NCBI GenBank assembly: GCA_017654855.1
Contig: CM030336.1
Coordinates: forward strand, 620,001 to 684,000
DNA: 64,000 nucleotides
DNA from: Podospora anserina
Lineage: Eukaryota
Direction of reading: 5' to 3'
The position numbers and the translations under genes are program-made. The notes below the pieces were generated by a model that worked only from the letters and a program-made list of their open reading frames with translations, had not been told where the DNA came from and did no database searches. This document shows positions 13,841-26,188 of the stretch, one piece after another; positions within the stretch are counted from its first letter, which is position 1, and every line of letters begins with the position of its first letter.

Positions 13841-16117
13841 TCACCACGCCTCCCACTTTTGTCCCCCAACAGCAATCAACCGATTAAACAACTCATCCCT
13901 CAGCGGAATAGCCGTAATCTTGTACACCTCCCCCCTACTCGTCCTCAGCTCCACCCCATCGCTCACCTCCCTCTCCAAACTCCACCCCACCACCAACTTC
14001 GCCTTCCACCCATATCCGCCAAGCTTCTTCAACTCGACAATCTCCGACACGGGCACGCTCCACATGGCATGTAAATCCTCCTTCTCCTCCCCATCCGGCC
14101 CAATCTTTTCCTTTGTCTTCTTCGTTCCAAACGCCACGACCGGAATTGTTGCTGCCGTCGACAAATAAACATTGCCCTTCTTGCCGTCGTATCTCGCCTC
14201 GAACTCTACCGGTCCACTGATGGGCACCTTTTCGGCGGGGGGGACAACTCCTAGTCTGTCCTTGGCGTGATGGCTGATGCCCATCTTGCCCCTGATAGTA
14301 TCAGCGCCCACGGCAGTCTTGACAGCAGTCTTTGCAGTGCCCCTGAAAAAGTTGAGGAACTTGTTGCTCTTCTTGTTTTGCTCCTTGTCCTGACCCTTGA
14401 CCATGACACTGTGCCCGCCTTGGTTGCCGCCCTTGTCGTGCTTGATGCTGGGATCGTAGTGGATCGCTTCCTGGAGTTCACCCGCGCTTGCGTTCATGGG
14501 AGCATCGGCACCGACAGCGGAAAGGTCATTGGAGGTAAGCTGGGCAGGTTTGTTGGGAGGTACTTCGTTGATACGGGGTGGTGGTGGGAGGGGTGCATGG
14601 TTCGCCTCCCCAATACGGAGGAGAGTGATGGTGAGCTGAGCATTGGTGGGAACGCCTTTGAGGAGAGTACTAAAGGTAAGATAGTCAGTGTACTGAGCCT
14701 TTCAAGGATGACAGAAATCAAGACATACTTTCGCAACTCCAGCAACTTCTTCCAGTCGGGGATAGTTCTGTTGAGCCAGTCCAGACCACGAGAGATAATA
14801 GGGTCACCGAAGAACCCGAACCCAATGCCAAAGGTGACACCTTTGACAAACATGTACGAAGTGACGACGAACGACAAGGCGAGAAGAGGCAGGATGAGCG
14901 CGACAAATCTCAGACGGTGAACATCGGTGGGAAACGGCGGCGTAGGAGACAACGCGCTACAGCACTCTGTTAGCATCAGTCCTCTCTCTCAACTTCACCA
15001 GCAACGAAACTCACTTTGCAAACCTCTCCCAGGTATCCACAAAATCCCCCAGCGCATGCATAATGGGCTGAAGCTTCGACCACATAGCTGTCTGCATCGG
15101 CACCTCCGTCTTGTCCCTCTTGGTCCCCGGCTTCGACCCAATAGCTTTGTGCATCTCGGTCGTGGACTGCTCTGCCGACTCCTGATCCCCCTGAGCATGT
15201 TGCCCGACAGCGCCGCTCACCGCCACCGTCGCGATCCCGCTCACAAAATTGCTGGCTTCCTGCTCGACCGCCTCACCCTTGTGGTTCTCTGGCGCGCCCG
15301 TAGCGCTGTCGTGGCTACCTAGCACACCAGCCTTGGGTTTCTGTATCCCGCCTGTTTTGCTGTCGACAAGCGACACTGGCGCAGGGGGGAAGAGATACTC
15401 TCTCGTCCACGGCACCGCGATCAGCGCCACGAGAACACTAATCAGCAACGGTGTGAGGAAGTCAAACAGCCACGCAAGGAAATAAGCACTGCAAAACGCT
15501 GCTGTGCGCCGGGTTTCCTTCCAGGAACGGAGACGAGCAATGTGCTTAACTGCCGCTAGCATCCCTACGCCAACCGTCATATAGAGGCGCTCAAAGTTGC
15601 CGCGCATCTTGTCCGGCGAGAACTCTTCCTGTTCCGCAATGTTGAGATCGAGACCGCCGGGCGGGGGGTAGGGGGTGGCTTTGGTGTGGAAGATTTGCTG
15701 TCAGAGCGGTTGCGTTAGCTTGAGACCTGACATAATGCGCAGAGACCATTTCTGACGTCGACATACCTTGTTGAACCGGCGCACGAGCATCCAGAGCTCG
15801 TCGTTGTCCATACCACCTACCAGAGGGGCTGGAATCTCTTGCTTGGGCTCGTTCCATCCTAGGTCGCGAACCTCTTCGTCGTGGTCGAGTTGGGCGATGC
15901 CTTGGGGGTGTTCGGTGGTGCCCTCGGTGGCCAAGGCGTGCGAGAGAGTTTGTTGGTTTCCCAGTTTGTCACTGGGCTCGGGCTTGTGAGGGCCTTCGAC
16001 AGAGGTGGTAGGGTTGACGGCGGGGATGGGTAAGAAGTCGACGATTTCAGATCCTAGGCTGTTTTCATTTTCGTTCTTGGACGGCACGTCCGGTGCCGTT
16101 GGCTGGGATGAAGCCAT
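13841..16117 (-). CDS. DUF3292-like membrane protein (multi-exon, about 3 introns)
   Basis: ORF pieces 15701-16117, 15011-15607, 14494-14976 and 13841-14497 are joinable by GT-AG introns; LDLNIAEQEEFSPDKMRGNFERLYMTV, GFGFFGDP, LKKLGGYGWKAKLVVGW, RDELFNRLIA.GGQKWE. Confidence 0.75.
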
Positions 16118-16715
16118 GACCGTGTAGGTTAAGGTCTGTCCAGTCTAGGTAGGGGTGCAAAAGGGTAGTTAGTATGATAAGGTAGGATGGTGGCCGGGCC
16201 TGGGGCCAAGTGGACGACGAAAAGAGCTTTATTCTACGTAAGTTGAGAGCAGGCAGGTGGTGGATGGGGGGTCATAGACATTGTCGCCAGTGGTTTTATT
16301 GATGCTCCTGGTGCTGGGCTGAAAGACGGCAATGACATCAATGGCTGCCAATCAGCGGGCGGATAAAGATGGAGTCGGTGACGCAGGTGTGCCAGAGCCA
16401 TGGTTCGAACCTGCTGGGGGAGCGTCGTTTGGGTGCCATTCCATTTTGAGTGACGGCCCAATCTCAGATTCGAGAATCTCTTGGTCTTGCCAAACACGAA
16501 CAGGATCATCGACTTTTTTGTGGAATGGACGCTCCGGAATCGATGACGTTTTGTGGAACCCGGATGTGGTTGCGGGAGGCAGTTGCGCGCCAGCTGGCAG
16601 GACTTACACAGGTCTTGGCATGATACCAACAACACCAAGCCAAATCAGTTACGCTTCATCAAGGAGATTGGAAGATCACTACATCCCCAACGAAACAAGA
16701 TTTTATAGCACAAAG

Positions 16716-18276
16716 TCATTTGTACCCTCTTAAACCCTCATCACTACATGTCGAGGAATCATCTTGCGATGATGCTGGTTTTCCTTCCGCCGTGAAGCTG
16801 GGTGGCCGGTCCCTATTCCAATTCATCTGCCGGAATTGTTGAAGACTGGGGTAGAATGGGTGGTTGTCACGTTTGGCATTCAATGGGAAGTTGGGAAATC
16901 GTGGTGTCGAAAACCCCATGACTTGTTGGATGGAGAAATTCTGGGGGGCGGGGCCGATGGTCGTGGCGGAGGTGTCAGAGGTCTCCATGGGATTTCCGAG
17001 GACTCGGGGGACTGTAAAGGAGGTTTCGTCGAGTCCAGGTGGCTTCCGGGGTGACGAATTTTCATAGGATGTTTTTCCATAGGTCACATGTGCATAGAGA
17101 CTTTCCATCCAGGTTGCACCGACCTTTCGCAGAGACTTGGCCGGACAATATTACCCTCGTTTATTGATCAAGTCGTAGTGACCCTCATGGACACGAGAAC
17201 CAACGACCTCCATATTCACAAATGCCTGCTTTATGAGCTCCTCAAGGTCCATCCAGCTCTTGCAAACATCGTACGGGAATGAAACTTTCTTCCTACTGCA
17301 TCCTTGAACGAAATAGGTACGTCTGTCGTCAAGTCTTCAGATTCTTTTGGGAATGCTTTTGCCTTGAAGTATGGACCCAAATGCAGATTATGCGTGGCGG
17401 ATCAGAAAGTCGGCATTCTTTCTCCGCTCGGCTTGACTAGATTCCCAATCCTTCTTCTCTGCTGCTGGCTTCTACAGGACTGCAAGCCGCTCCAACAATG
17501 CATGGTCGGGGCCACCGGTGCTGCTCAGCGTTTTGGGTTTCTCGAGTGAAGAAGCAGGGGATTTGGCAGCCTCAAGCCTGCCTCCAAGTTCAGTTTTCAG
17601 CTGCGAGGGCTTGGCTGAAGTTTTTGGGGACTCATTGACAGTCTGGTGATCCGAACGCGTCGAACCCAGTTCTTCCCCTATGAGATCGACGACTTCCAAA
17701 TCCACACATGTAGATTCTGAGGTATATCCATCATTTTGATCGAGGGTCGGAGCGTGCGATGGGGTGGATGGAGGGAGAATAGAGCGATGTCCACTGCACA
17801 ACAGTTAGCCAAATTTCCAAAATAATTCTGTCCAGGTATTAATATCCATACAGGTTCGCTGCGGAGAGCAGAAGATTCAGCGCAGCGAGACAGTTATGCA
17901 ACTTCTCGCGTAGCTCTCTCAGTTCGTCTTTCCCGTACAACTCCCACCCAATTCTGCACCCACTATCTCGAATAGTTGGCGGCCCGTTACTGGACATACT
18001 CTTTTTCAGGGATTCGGTTCGTTTGAGTAATTTCGAGATCGTGTCCAGTGACGATGAGATGAGAAATGACGCCGAGTTGATTGTGTCTCGGGGCAGAAAA
18101 ACCTGGTTTTGGCTGAGTTGGCTCACAGTGATGAAGGCCTGTTGGGTCAGGACAAGTTCCTTCATTGCAGCTTCATATTCGGAGGGAGCGTCTGCTGAAG
18201 TCTTCACGAGGATGTACAGTTTCTGGGCCATCCCGGCGCCAGCGACAAAGTCACCCACGGAGTAACCAGATGACAT
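16716..18276 (-). pseudogene. Disrupted gene: fungal N-terminal (HeLo-like/STAND-associated) helical domain plus fungal ubiquitin-like domain
   Basis: Start MSSGYSVGDFVAG...; intron 17851-17794; in-frame TAG 17472-17474. Around 17330-17090 three frameshifted pieces read VPISFKDAVGRKF / FPYDVCKSWMDLEELIKQAF...VHEGHYDLI / VQPGWKVSMHM. The 3' end is uncertain. Confidence 0.7.
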
Positions 18277-18761
18277 CTTGTACCATGGGGCGTAAGAAGG
18301 ATAGTAAAACTTGATATTGTTGTAGTAATCTGAGCTTGAAAAGGCAGCAAAAGGTTAGGCAGACTGGTTGGAAGTATGTTTGACACCTGACAGTGATAAG
18401 TAGGTAAATATGAATTTCTGCGGAGGCTGGATGGGCTGTTTTGCTTTATTGAATGGGATGGTATCTGATGGTCAAGGATAATTTTACACAGCCACGAGTG
18501 CCTCGTTGCAGACACTGCGTGTTCTCATGTCGAGGCCCGGCCAGTGGTGAAGTCACTGTGGCGGAGCTTGCATTCCGCCTCGTTCATGTTGTTGGTGGCA
18601 GGCATAACCAAAGCACAAGAATTGCTGACCTATCATTTGAGGTGTAGACGTGGAACTCGGTCTTGTAAAGAAGTGCGACGTTGCCAACAGCTGCTCGCCA
18701 GACTTCAGGACGTAACAGCGCAATCTCCCAGACTCTCCGTCGGCAAGTCAAAAACGCCCAC

Positions 18762-19976
18762 TCAAGCAACAACAGCCATATGCGCCTCCAATCCACCAGG
18801 ACTATCGATCCGAACCTTCACCCCCGGTGCGACAAAGAAAATCGACCCTTCCTTCAGTCTAAACGTCTTGCCGTCCGCTAGCATTGTTCCGTTGCCGTGT
18901 GTGATAATCATAACACCCGGCCCTCGGTGCGCCTCAATGTCTTCTCCCTCTCCCTGGAACAGGCTGAGCCTGAGCATGTCGAACTCGCTCATCGGTGGCT
19001 TGTAGATCTTGACCTTTCCTTGGTCCTGCGACGGCAGGATGACGCTGTCTTTTGATCTCGTGCTTGGCTTGAATGTGAGCGTGTCGGCAAACATGTCGAT
19101 ATTGTTGCGATCCGCCGGAGGACAGAAGCCAGCGTTGAGGACATTGTTGCTGCGAGCCATGCACTCGACAATATCACCACTCAAGTAGGCGTGGATGCCG
19201 TCTGCCGGAATGTAAATCGCGTCACCCGCGTCCAACACGAGGAAGTTCATGCAGAGTAACGCAACCAGAGATCCGTTATCAGTAGCGCCATACTGGTCTT
19301 GGAGACGAGGCAGCAAATCGAGGATGTATGTCTGCTTGCCAAGCTCTTCCTTGGATGCCTTGGCCAAGGCTTCCTCAACGGACTTGACGGTCTTCTCATC
19401 GGCCTGGAGAAGGGACCGGGTGACTTCGCGGAGGGTCAACTCCGACCAGTCTTCGATGCCAGCAGGGACAAATTGGCGCAGGACCCCGAGGCGCTTGAAA
19501 AGTAACTGAACCTCCTCCAGCGGCTTCCACCCAGCAAAGACCTCGAACTTGGAAAGCGCCACTGCAATCTCGGGCTTGTGGTTCGGATCGGTGAAGTTCT
19601 CTGGATCTTCTTTATGAAGCTTGGCGGCGAGCTCCTTGTTGGGGTGAATCTGAAGAGGTAAGGCTTTGGCGATGGAGAGAATTTTGGGCAGAAAAGGCAG
19701 CTGTCCACCTAGCTCCTCGATAACCTTCTTGCCGAGGAGTTCGTCCTTGTGCTTCTGGAGGACATCCTGGAGAAGCTCGCCTGTTTCCAGCACTCGAGCA
19801 GGAAAGTCTGGATAATCCCCGAACCAGAGCTCAGAGTAGAATTCGTCGTTCTTAATTTCAAAATTGGGGTCGGTCTTCTTGTGGAGTTGGGCGGCAAGTG
19901 ATTTCTCGCCCTGCTTGCCCCAGGGGTAGTTGTTGCAGCTTCCGACGAGCTGGAACACGCGGTCGGTTCGTGTCAT
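18762..19976 (-). CDS. Mannose-6-phosphate isomerase, type I
   Basis: NYPWGK, ELWFG, LPFLPKILSIAKALPLQIHP, DPNHKPE, HAYLSGDIVECMA (metal ligands Q/H/E/H present); single exon. Confidence 0.93.
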   Translation of the reverse strand: MTRTDRVFQLVGSCNNYPWGKQGEKSLAAQLHKKTDPNFEIKNDEFYSELWFGDYPDFPARVLETGELLQDVLQKHKDELLGKKVIEELGGQLPFLPKILSIAKALPLQIHPNKELAAKLHKEDPENFTDPNHKPEIAVALSKFEVFAGWKPLEEVQLLFKRLGVLRQFVPAGIEDWSELTLREVTRSLLQADEKTVKSVEEALAKASKEELGKQTYILDLLPRLQDQYGATDNGSLVALLCMNFLVLDAGDAIYIPADGIHAYLSGDIVECMARSNNVLNAGFCPPADRNNIDMFADTLTFKPSTRSKDSVILPSQDQGKVKIYKPPMSEFDMLRLSLFQGEGEDIEAHRGPGVMIITHGNGTMLADGKTFRLKEGSIFFVAPGVKVRIDSPGGLEAHMAVVA

Positions 19977-20324
19977 GGTGGATAGGTAGATGGGAATGAT
20001 CTGGGTGTTGTTGTATGCAGTTGGGATGATTGTGGCCTACGAGATTGCTCGAGATCGGATGAACTGCAGGTGCAGCTGTTTTATGTGGAAATGTCAGGAA
20101 TCTATGCTGTCACCGTAATGCTCTAGAGTGATGTCGTCACTATCTTGGGTTTTTGTGGGGCCGTTGCGGAAGCCGCTGGCTCGGCACGGCATGGCGTTCT
20201 GGTGGGGCCGTGGGACCGAGTGGTCTTCGGAGAGACGGGAGACAGGCAGGAGACCGCCGGCAACTTCTCCCCACAGTATTACCTGACCTACCTCAACCTC
20301 TGACCTCTTTTTTTGGTTTCCGAT

Positions 20325-21929
20325 CAACATCACCGTGGACAACTCTACGTTTGCAGCCACCAAGAACCTCAATGCTGCTCTTCAACAACCCCGTTAAATC
20401 GACACCGGGTGGCTCTGGATTGGACGCCCTATGCATCGACATGGCGGATCATCTGGAAAGAATACGTCAGGTGACAAATATGCACACTATCTGCAGTCTT
20501 GCCAACTGAGTTTATCTTTGGTCGGGACGTGGAACTATGTCCACAGATGCTGTCATGGATCACTTTGCAACGCACGCACCGCAAGCTATATTGCTCAGAT
20601 CTGAACTCAGTCAGCTATACATTCCTAATCCTCGCAATGGAGAGCTGAGGAGAGAGGTTGAAGAATATCTCACGTTCAGAGAATTGGCCACAAGCTCAGC
20701 AGAAACGCTTAGCTGCCCGGACTCTAAGCTGGGTGCGTTTTGGTATGACTTCATTGGGGACTACATAAACTTACACGGGGCGATGGACAGGGCCTATCAT
20801 ACATTGTGTCAATGGAGTACTGGCACCGAATATGGATCATTCAGGAGGTGGTCCTTGCCCACCTCCCGATCATCATGGTCGGTGAACCGCATTACATGGC
20901 CACAGGCCCGAGAGATATTCTCTGCGGTGTATTGGGGCTTGCACGTCAGATTCTAGGGAAACGCAGTTTGGATATACAGGCGGACTACCATCGGTCGGTT
21001 GCTGACGTGTTTACGACTTTGACACGGATCTTTGCTTCATATGCAGTCTTCACGCATCATATTGGGGAAACCCCTTTGGGACTATTCTTCTTCGGATCAA
21101 TGCCCCCCCTAATGAGCCCGATGGCTCACAAGGACTGCCTACATGGGTCCCCGATTGGAGTGACATCGGAACCCAAGGTCTCACACCGTTTCCCATTAAC
21201 CAGGTTTATTCATTCAAGGCGAGTGGCTCAAAGCCCCCGTCCTTTGAGGTCTCGACTGGCGTTTGGGAAGATGACGGGGTTCTTTTTTTGAGCGGATGTG
21301 ACGTGGATGAAATCGAAGCTGTCATGGAGTGTCCACCGTTCGAAGGATTCGACAATGAATGGAATCGGCATCTTGTGCAGATGGCTAGGTTTATTGAGCT
21401 TGGATCTAGGTCCAGAGCTGAAGAGGAACAGATTTGGCGTACTGTTACATGTCACCATCGGGGTCATTATCCAGCAGACATGGAAGGACGAAGATTGCCA
21501 CTCATTCAGGAAGATGGCCTCTCTCTCTGGCTGAGAATGATGCGGGGAAAGAAGATCAAGAGTAAAAGCTTGACAAAAGCCGAGCTGGACGTGCTGGAAC
21601 GGCTCAGATCAGAGTCGCCAAACCCGATAGCATTGACCAGCCGACAAATCGCATCCTTTGCCTTCCATGCGCGACAGAAGGATCGTTTTAGACACGTAAA
21701 TCGAAGGCTGTTCAAGACCAGAAAAGGAATGTTGGGGCTTGGCCGCTCCGGTCTTCAGAAGGGTGATATTGTGACGATACTCTGGGGCGGTAGAACTCCC
21801 ATCATTCTTCGCAGGCGTGACAGCGTTGGTGAGGGCTACTATTCTCGGGGAGATGCATACATCGATGGATTGATGTATGGCAAGTTTCTCGATACTAATC
21901 CGTCAGAGAAGACATTTCGCATCTACTGA
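20325..21929 (+). pseudogene. HET-domain (HET-6-like) pseudogene
   Basis: Fragments TKNLNAALQQPR*...WLWI / DALCIDMADHLERIRQVTNM..I...A / YWHRIWIIQEVVLA / C-terminal RRLFKTRKGMLGLG..GLQKGDIVTILWGGRTPIILR...GDAYIDGLMYG. Stops at 20395 and 20507 plus several frameshifts. Confidence 0.85.
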
Positions 21930-22172
21930 TCAAAACCTGGTTACAACGTCTCGGGTAAATCATCCGGTACCAATCGCGCTTCCATCGGGAAGACACCTGG
22001 CTGCTCCAATGAGACTACACAACTGTGGTCGGCTAAATGCACACTCTACCGTGGCGACAGCAACAATGCAAGCTGTCAACATGTCGACTTCTAGTATCGG
22101 GTCTTCGATTCATGACAGAAAGTTACAAGCACCATTTTACAACGTGAGCCTCCACAAGCATTCACTTTCACG

Positions 22173-23720
22173 ATGGCTTGCCTTGCCCTGACAACTTTCC
22201 TCACGTCCGCTCTCACCCTCTCCCACTTTACCACAGGCACAAGAGCCACATCAGAACTGCCAGATGACGATGAGCTATGCGGCCGCGGTCTCCCAACCAC
22301 CCCCTTCAACCGCACTGTCCTGACCACCATTGGACCTTACTCCTACGACCCAGCAGCCTGGAGCCCCTGGACACATAGGCCCTACTGCCTCGAGGCTAAC
22401 GAAGAGCCATGGTGTGTCTACACCAATGCTGCCTCTCCAAAAGGCCACGGCATCAGCATCATCACTACCCCTGAGATTGCCGGAACTACCTTGAACATTC
22501 TCGAGCACCCCTTTGACCAGAAATTCTTCGCCCCCGAGAAGATCTACCTGCCAAGACCATACAAGGTTGTTGACATTCCTGGCAAAGGAAAGGGAGTGAT
22601 TTCCACGCAAAAGATTGAGAAGGGGAAGGCTATTCTGGTGGATCATGCGTCGCTTATTGCAGCGGTCGAGTACCCTGCTGATGTGATGAGGGAGGAAGTG
22701 CAGGACTTGTTGGAGACGGCGGTGCACCGGTTGGGAGAGCCAGAAAAGGTGCTGGGACTGTCGAAGAAGGGGAGGGGTGACGAGGCAACCGAGATTGAGG
22801 ATTTGTTGTTGACGAACAGCTTTACGGTGTTGATTCAGGGGAAGGAGTTTATGGCTTTGTTTGCGGATCTGTCGGTGAGTTTGATGGTTTTGGAAGGATG
22901 GTGCCTCGAGATGCTAACATTGAACAGAGGTTTAACCACGATTGCAAGCCAAAGTGAGTGTGAAAGGGAACCATAACTGGACCACCACTGACATATTGCA
23001 GTGCTTTCATCTACTTCTCCGAGACAACCCTGGCCATGACAGTCTGGGCCTCAAGAGACATTGAACCTGGGGAGGAAATCTCCATTACATGTAAGCCGCA
23101 CCACCGTACCTTGATTACCTCAATACACACTAACATACCTATCTCACAGATTCCACCGCCGGTCTTCTGTCCAAAGAAAGACAACAAGCCCTCGAAAATA
23201 TCTGGGGTTTCAAATGGTCAGCCCCCTCCTTTTCCCCTCCATCCCCACAACTCAGCTGCTAACCTATCCCAGCTCATGCGCCCTCTGCACCTCGCCCCCC
23301 GAAGTTCTCAAAAAGTCTGATGATAACCGCGCCCAAATCCGCTCCTACCAAGCCTCCATCCCCCAACTCGCCCAAGAGGAAAAGTTTGAAGAAGCGCTCC
23401 AGCAAGCGGAGCACATGTTCCAGCTCGTCGAGGAGGAGGGTCTCACCGACCAGATGTCTGACATGTATGAGTATCCAGCCAGGATGTACTACCACGTTGG
23501 CAACCTGGACAAGGCGTTGGAGTATACTCTTAAAGTGAAGAGGGAGATTGATGGGTTTGGGGTGCCGGGGAAGTTTGGGCAGGAGAAGCTGCAGGCGATA
23601 GAGGGGATCATCAGGCGGTTGGAAATGGAGATCAAGATCAAGAGGGAGAGAGAAGAGCAGTTTGGGAAGCAGGCGAAGTTGAGGGGGAAGGCGAGGAGGG
23701 TTGTGATGGGGATGCCTTGA
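22173..23720 (+). CDS. SET-domain protein with N-terminal hydrophobic leader and helical C-terminus (about 4 introns)
   Basis: IPGKGKGVI, small exon RFNHDCKP (~22928-22953), RDIEPGEEISI, post-SET WGFKCSCALC across a splice. Confidence 0.85.
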
Positions 23721-24442
23721 TACCTCAATGTAGGTTCATCTTGGTGGTAATGCCGTTTTTTGTTCTGCTCATATCTTCCCATACCTTACATGACGATCTG
23801 GTTTTGATACCGTTCTTGACTCGCAGTCGTATCCAAAAAGAGGCAATGGCATTCATGCTGAACGATTGCAACTTACTACTCTAGCGACCCTATTAGTCGA
23901 TGTTAAATGGTCGTATATATGCTGTGTCACCATGGTAATTATTGCTGTATCACCCTAGATATGGGCCGTCTGCATCCCGACAACCCACAATGGTGTGTGG
24001 GTTTGTCGCCATCACCAACTTCCCCGCGATCAAGTCTCAAGACTGATTTTCACAACAGCACAACAGTATCCATGAGTAAACTTTAGTGCTAATCCCTTTT
24101 CCGACTTGACCCAAGTTCTCACATCAAAGTAGCATTCTCGCAACGCTGATCCGATCGGAAGACATATTTCCACCACTCAGGGGCGATTTCAGGGGTGGCC
24201 TTGGCGCGATCTCTTGGCCAAGACGGATAAAATCACCACCACCATGTCTGGAAGGAGGTCTCACGCCGCAAGCCATCGTGTTTTTCTAGGCAGGGTTCCC
24301 CGCTGGGATGGTAACCCATTGAGCTTATTCACCGTCACGTCGCGTCATGACAACACTGGCCCTCTACTATAAGAGCTTAAGCAATCACCGCAATTTACAC
24401 AGGGCTGGTCGCTCACGACTAGTTTGAGCCATCACCCACAAA

Positions 24443-25567
24443 ATGCGGTTCAACCTTCTCTTACTGTTTGCTCCCTTATCAGGGGCTCTCCCCCTCCTCC
24501 CCACCTCCCTCTTCGGCCTCGCCTCCTGGGACGTGGAAGGCTTCGCGAGAGATAACCCCCTCGGCCCTACCACCGGCGGCAAAGGCGGTTCCACTGTCAC
24601 CGTGTCCACCGTCGCAGACTTCAAAGCAGCAGTCACCGGTGATGAACCAAAGATTGTCCTCGTCAGTGGAGAACTAAACTTCCCTTCGAGGCCCAAAATC
24701 GGGTCCAACAAGTCAGTGATCGGGGTGGGCAAGACAGCGCAGATAACCGGGTCAGGGTTGGATATCGTCAACGCGACGAATGTGATTATCCAGAATCTGA
24801 AGATTAGTTTTATTCTGGATAACGACTGCATCACGATAAGAAACTCGACGAGGGTGTGGGTAGACCACAACGAGTTTACGAGCGATATCTCCAAGGGGCC
24901 AGATGAATACGTGGGTGGTTTTCCTGTTCCCTTTCCCTGAGCCCAACTTGCTGATGCTCCGTAGGACGGCCAGGTCGACATCATCCGCGGCTCCGACTGG
25001 ATCACCGTCTCGTGGAACTACTTCCACGACCACTGGAAGTCCTCCCTCGTCGGCAACGACGCCAACTTCCGTGACATTGACTTTGGCCACCTGCACATCA
25101 CCTACCACCACAACCACTGGCGCAACGAGGGGACTCGCGGTCCGGCCGGACGGTTTGGTCATCAGCACGTCTACAACAACTTGTATGAGGACTTTTTGTA
25201 CCAGGCTATTCACTCGAGGTCGGATAATCAGGTGCTGGTGGAGGGGAATGTCTTTAGGGGTAAGACAAGGGAGGCGTTGAGTACGTATGGGTTGGTGATC
25301 CCGGAGGATTCGCCGAACACGTGTGTTTGTGGGGATGAGGAGCTGGATGGGTTTGCGAATTTGGGGGCCAGTAAGTGTTTCCGTCTTGTTGTGGGGTGGG
25401 AATATGGTTGCTGACAGGAGTTGTGTTTAGGAAATGACTGGGGCGGGGCGACGGTCAACATCACGCAGGTGGGAGACTTTTTGAAGGCGCCGTACAAGTA
25501 CAAGTTGACGCCGCTGCTGTTGGTGTCTCCGTTGGTGAAGTTTGGCGCGGGAGTAGGGAAGATCTGA
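24443..25567 (+). CDS. Secreted pectate lyase, PL1 (introns ~24911-24964 and ~25371-25430)
   Basis: Signal peptide; GPTTGGKGG, NVIIQNLKI, VWVDHNEF, DGQVDIIRGSDWITVSWNYFHDHWKSSLVG, HVYNN. Confidence 0.93.
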
Positions 25568-26188
25568 GTGAAGTCGCAGTAATATCAAGTGATTTGAGGA
25601 TACAATGGGGAAGAAAAGCTGATATTTTGCCTCGCCTGTGCTTGGCCGCCACTTCAGTCCGATGTAACCACCTCCCGGCAGGAGACAAACGGAATACCAA
25701 GCATGTTGTGATTTGCTCATCGGGACCATTCATCGTCATGAAAATTCAAAACATGCAGCCTCCCACCTATGGGGAGCTGGGGTTGTTGTTGATGAAAAGC
25801 ATGAAGAGCAAGGCAATGAATAGCAAGTTGGACCCGAGTTCTCGGCCTTTACATGAGTTAACATTTGCCTGTAATCGAGACGAGGCGGTAGGGAAACAGA
25901 GAGAATACAAGCCTGGCATGACTGGTCATCTGCAGTGTCGAAGGACATTTGCCAACCAAGCCAGCCGGCAGGGTGAGGCCTACAGCGTGCCCCACCACAA
26001 CAAACAGATGAGAAGACGTGACTGGCTCTCTCCTCACAACCAACGCCAGACTTGAGTGCGGGTGGTCGCATCGCCTTGTATTACCCCCAACTGACAGAAC
26101 AACTGCTCAAGATCAAAGAGTCGACAATTATCTCTGAAAGCTGTTTCATTTGCTCCTTTTGTTTACCTGCAGAGATCATTGTCCCAGT

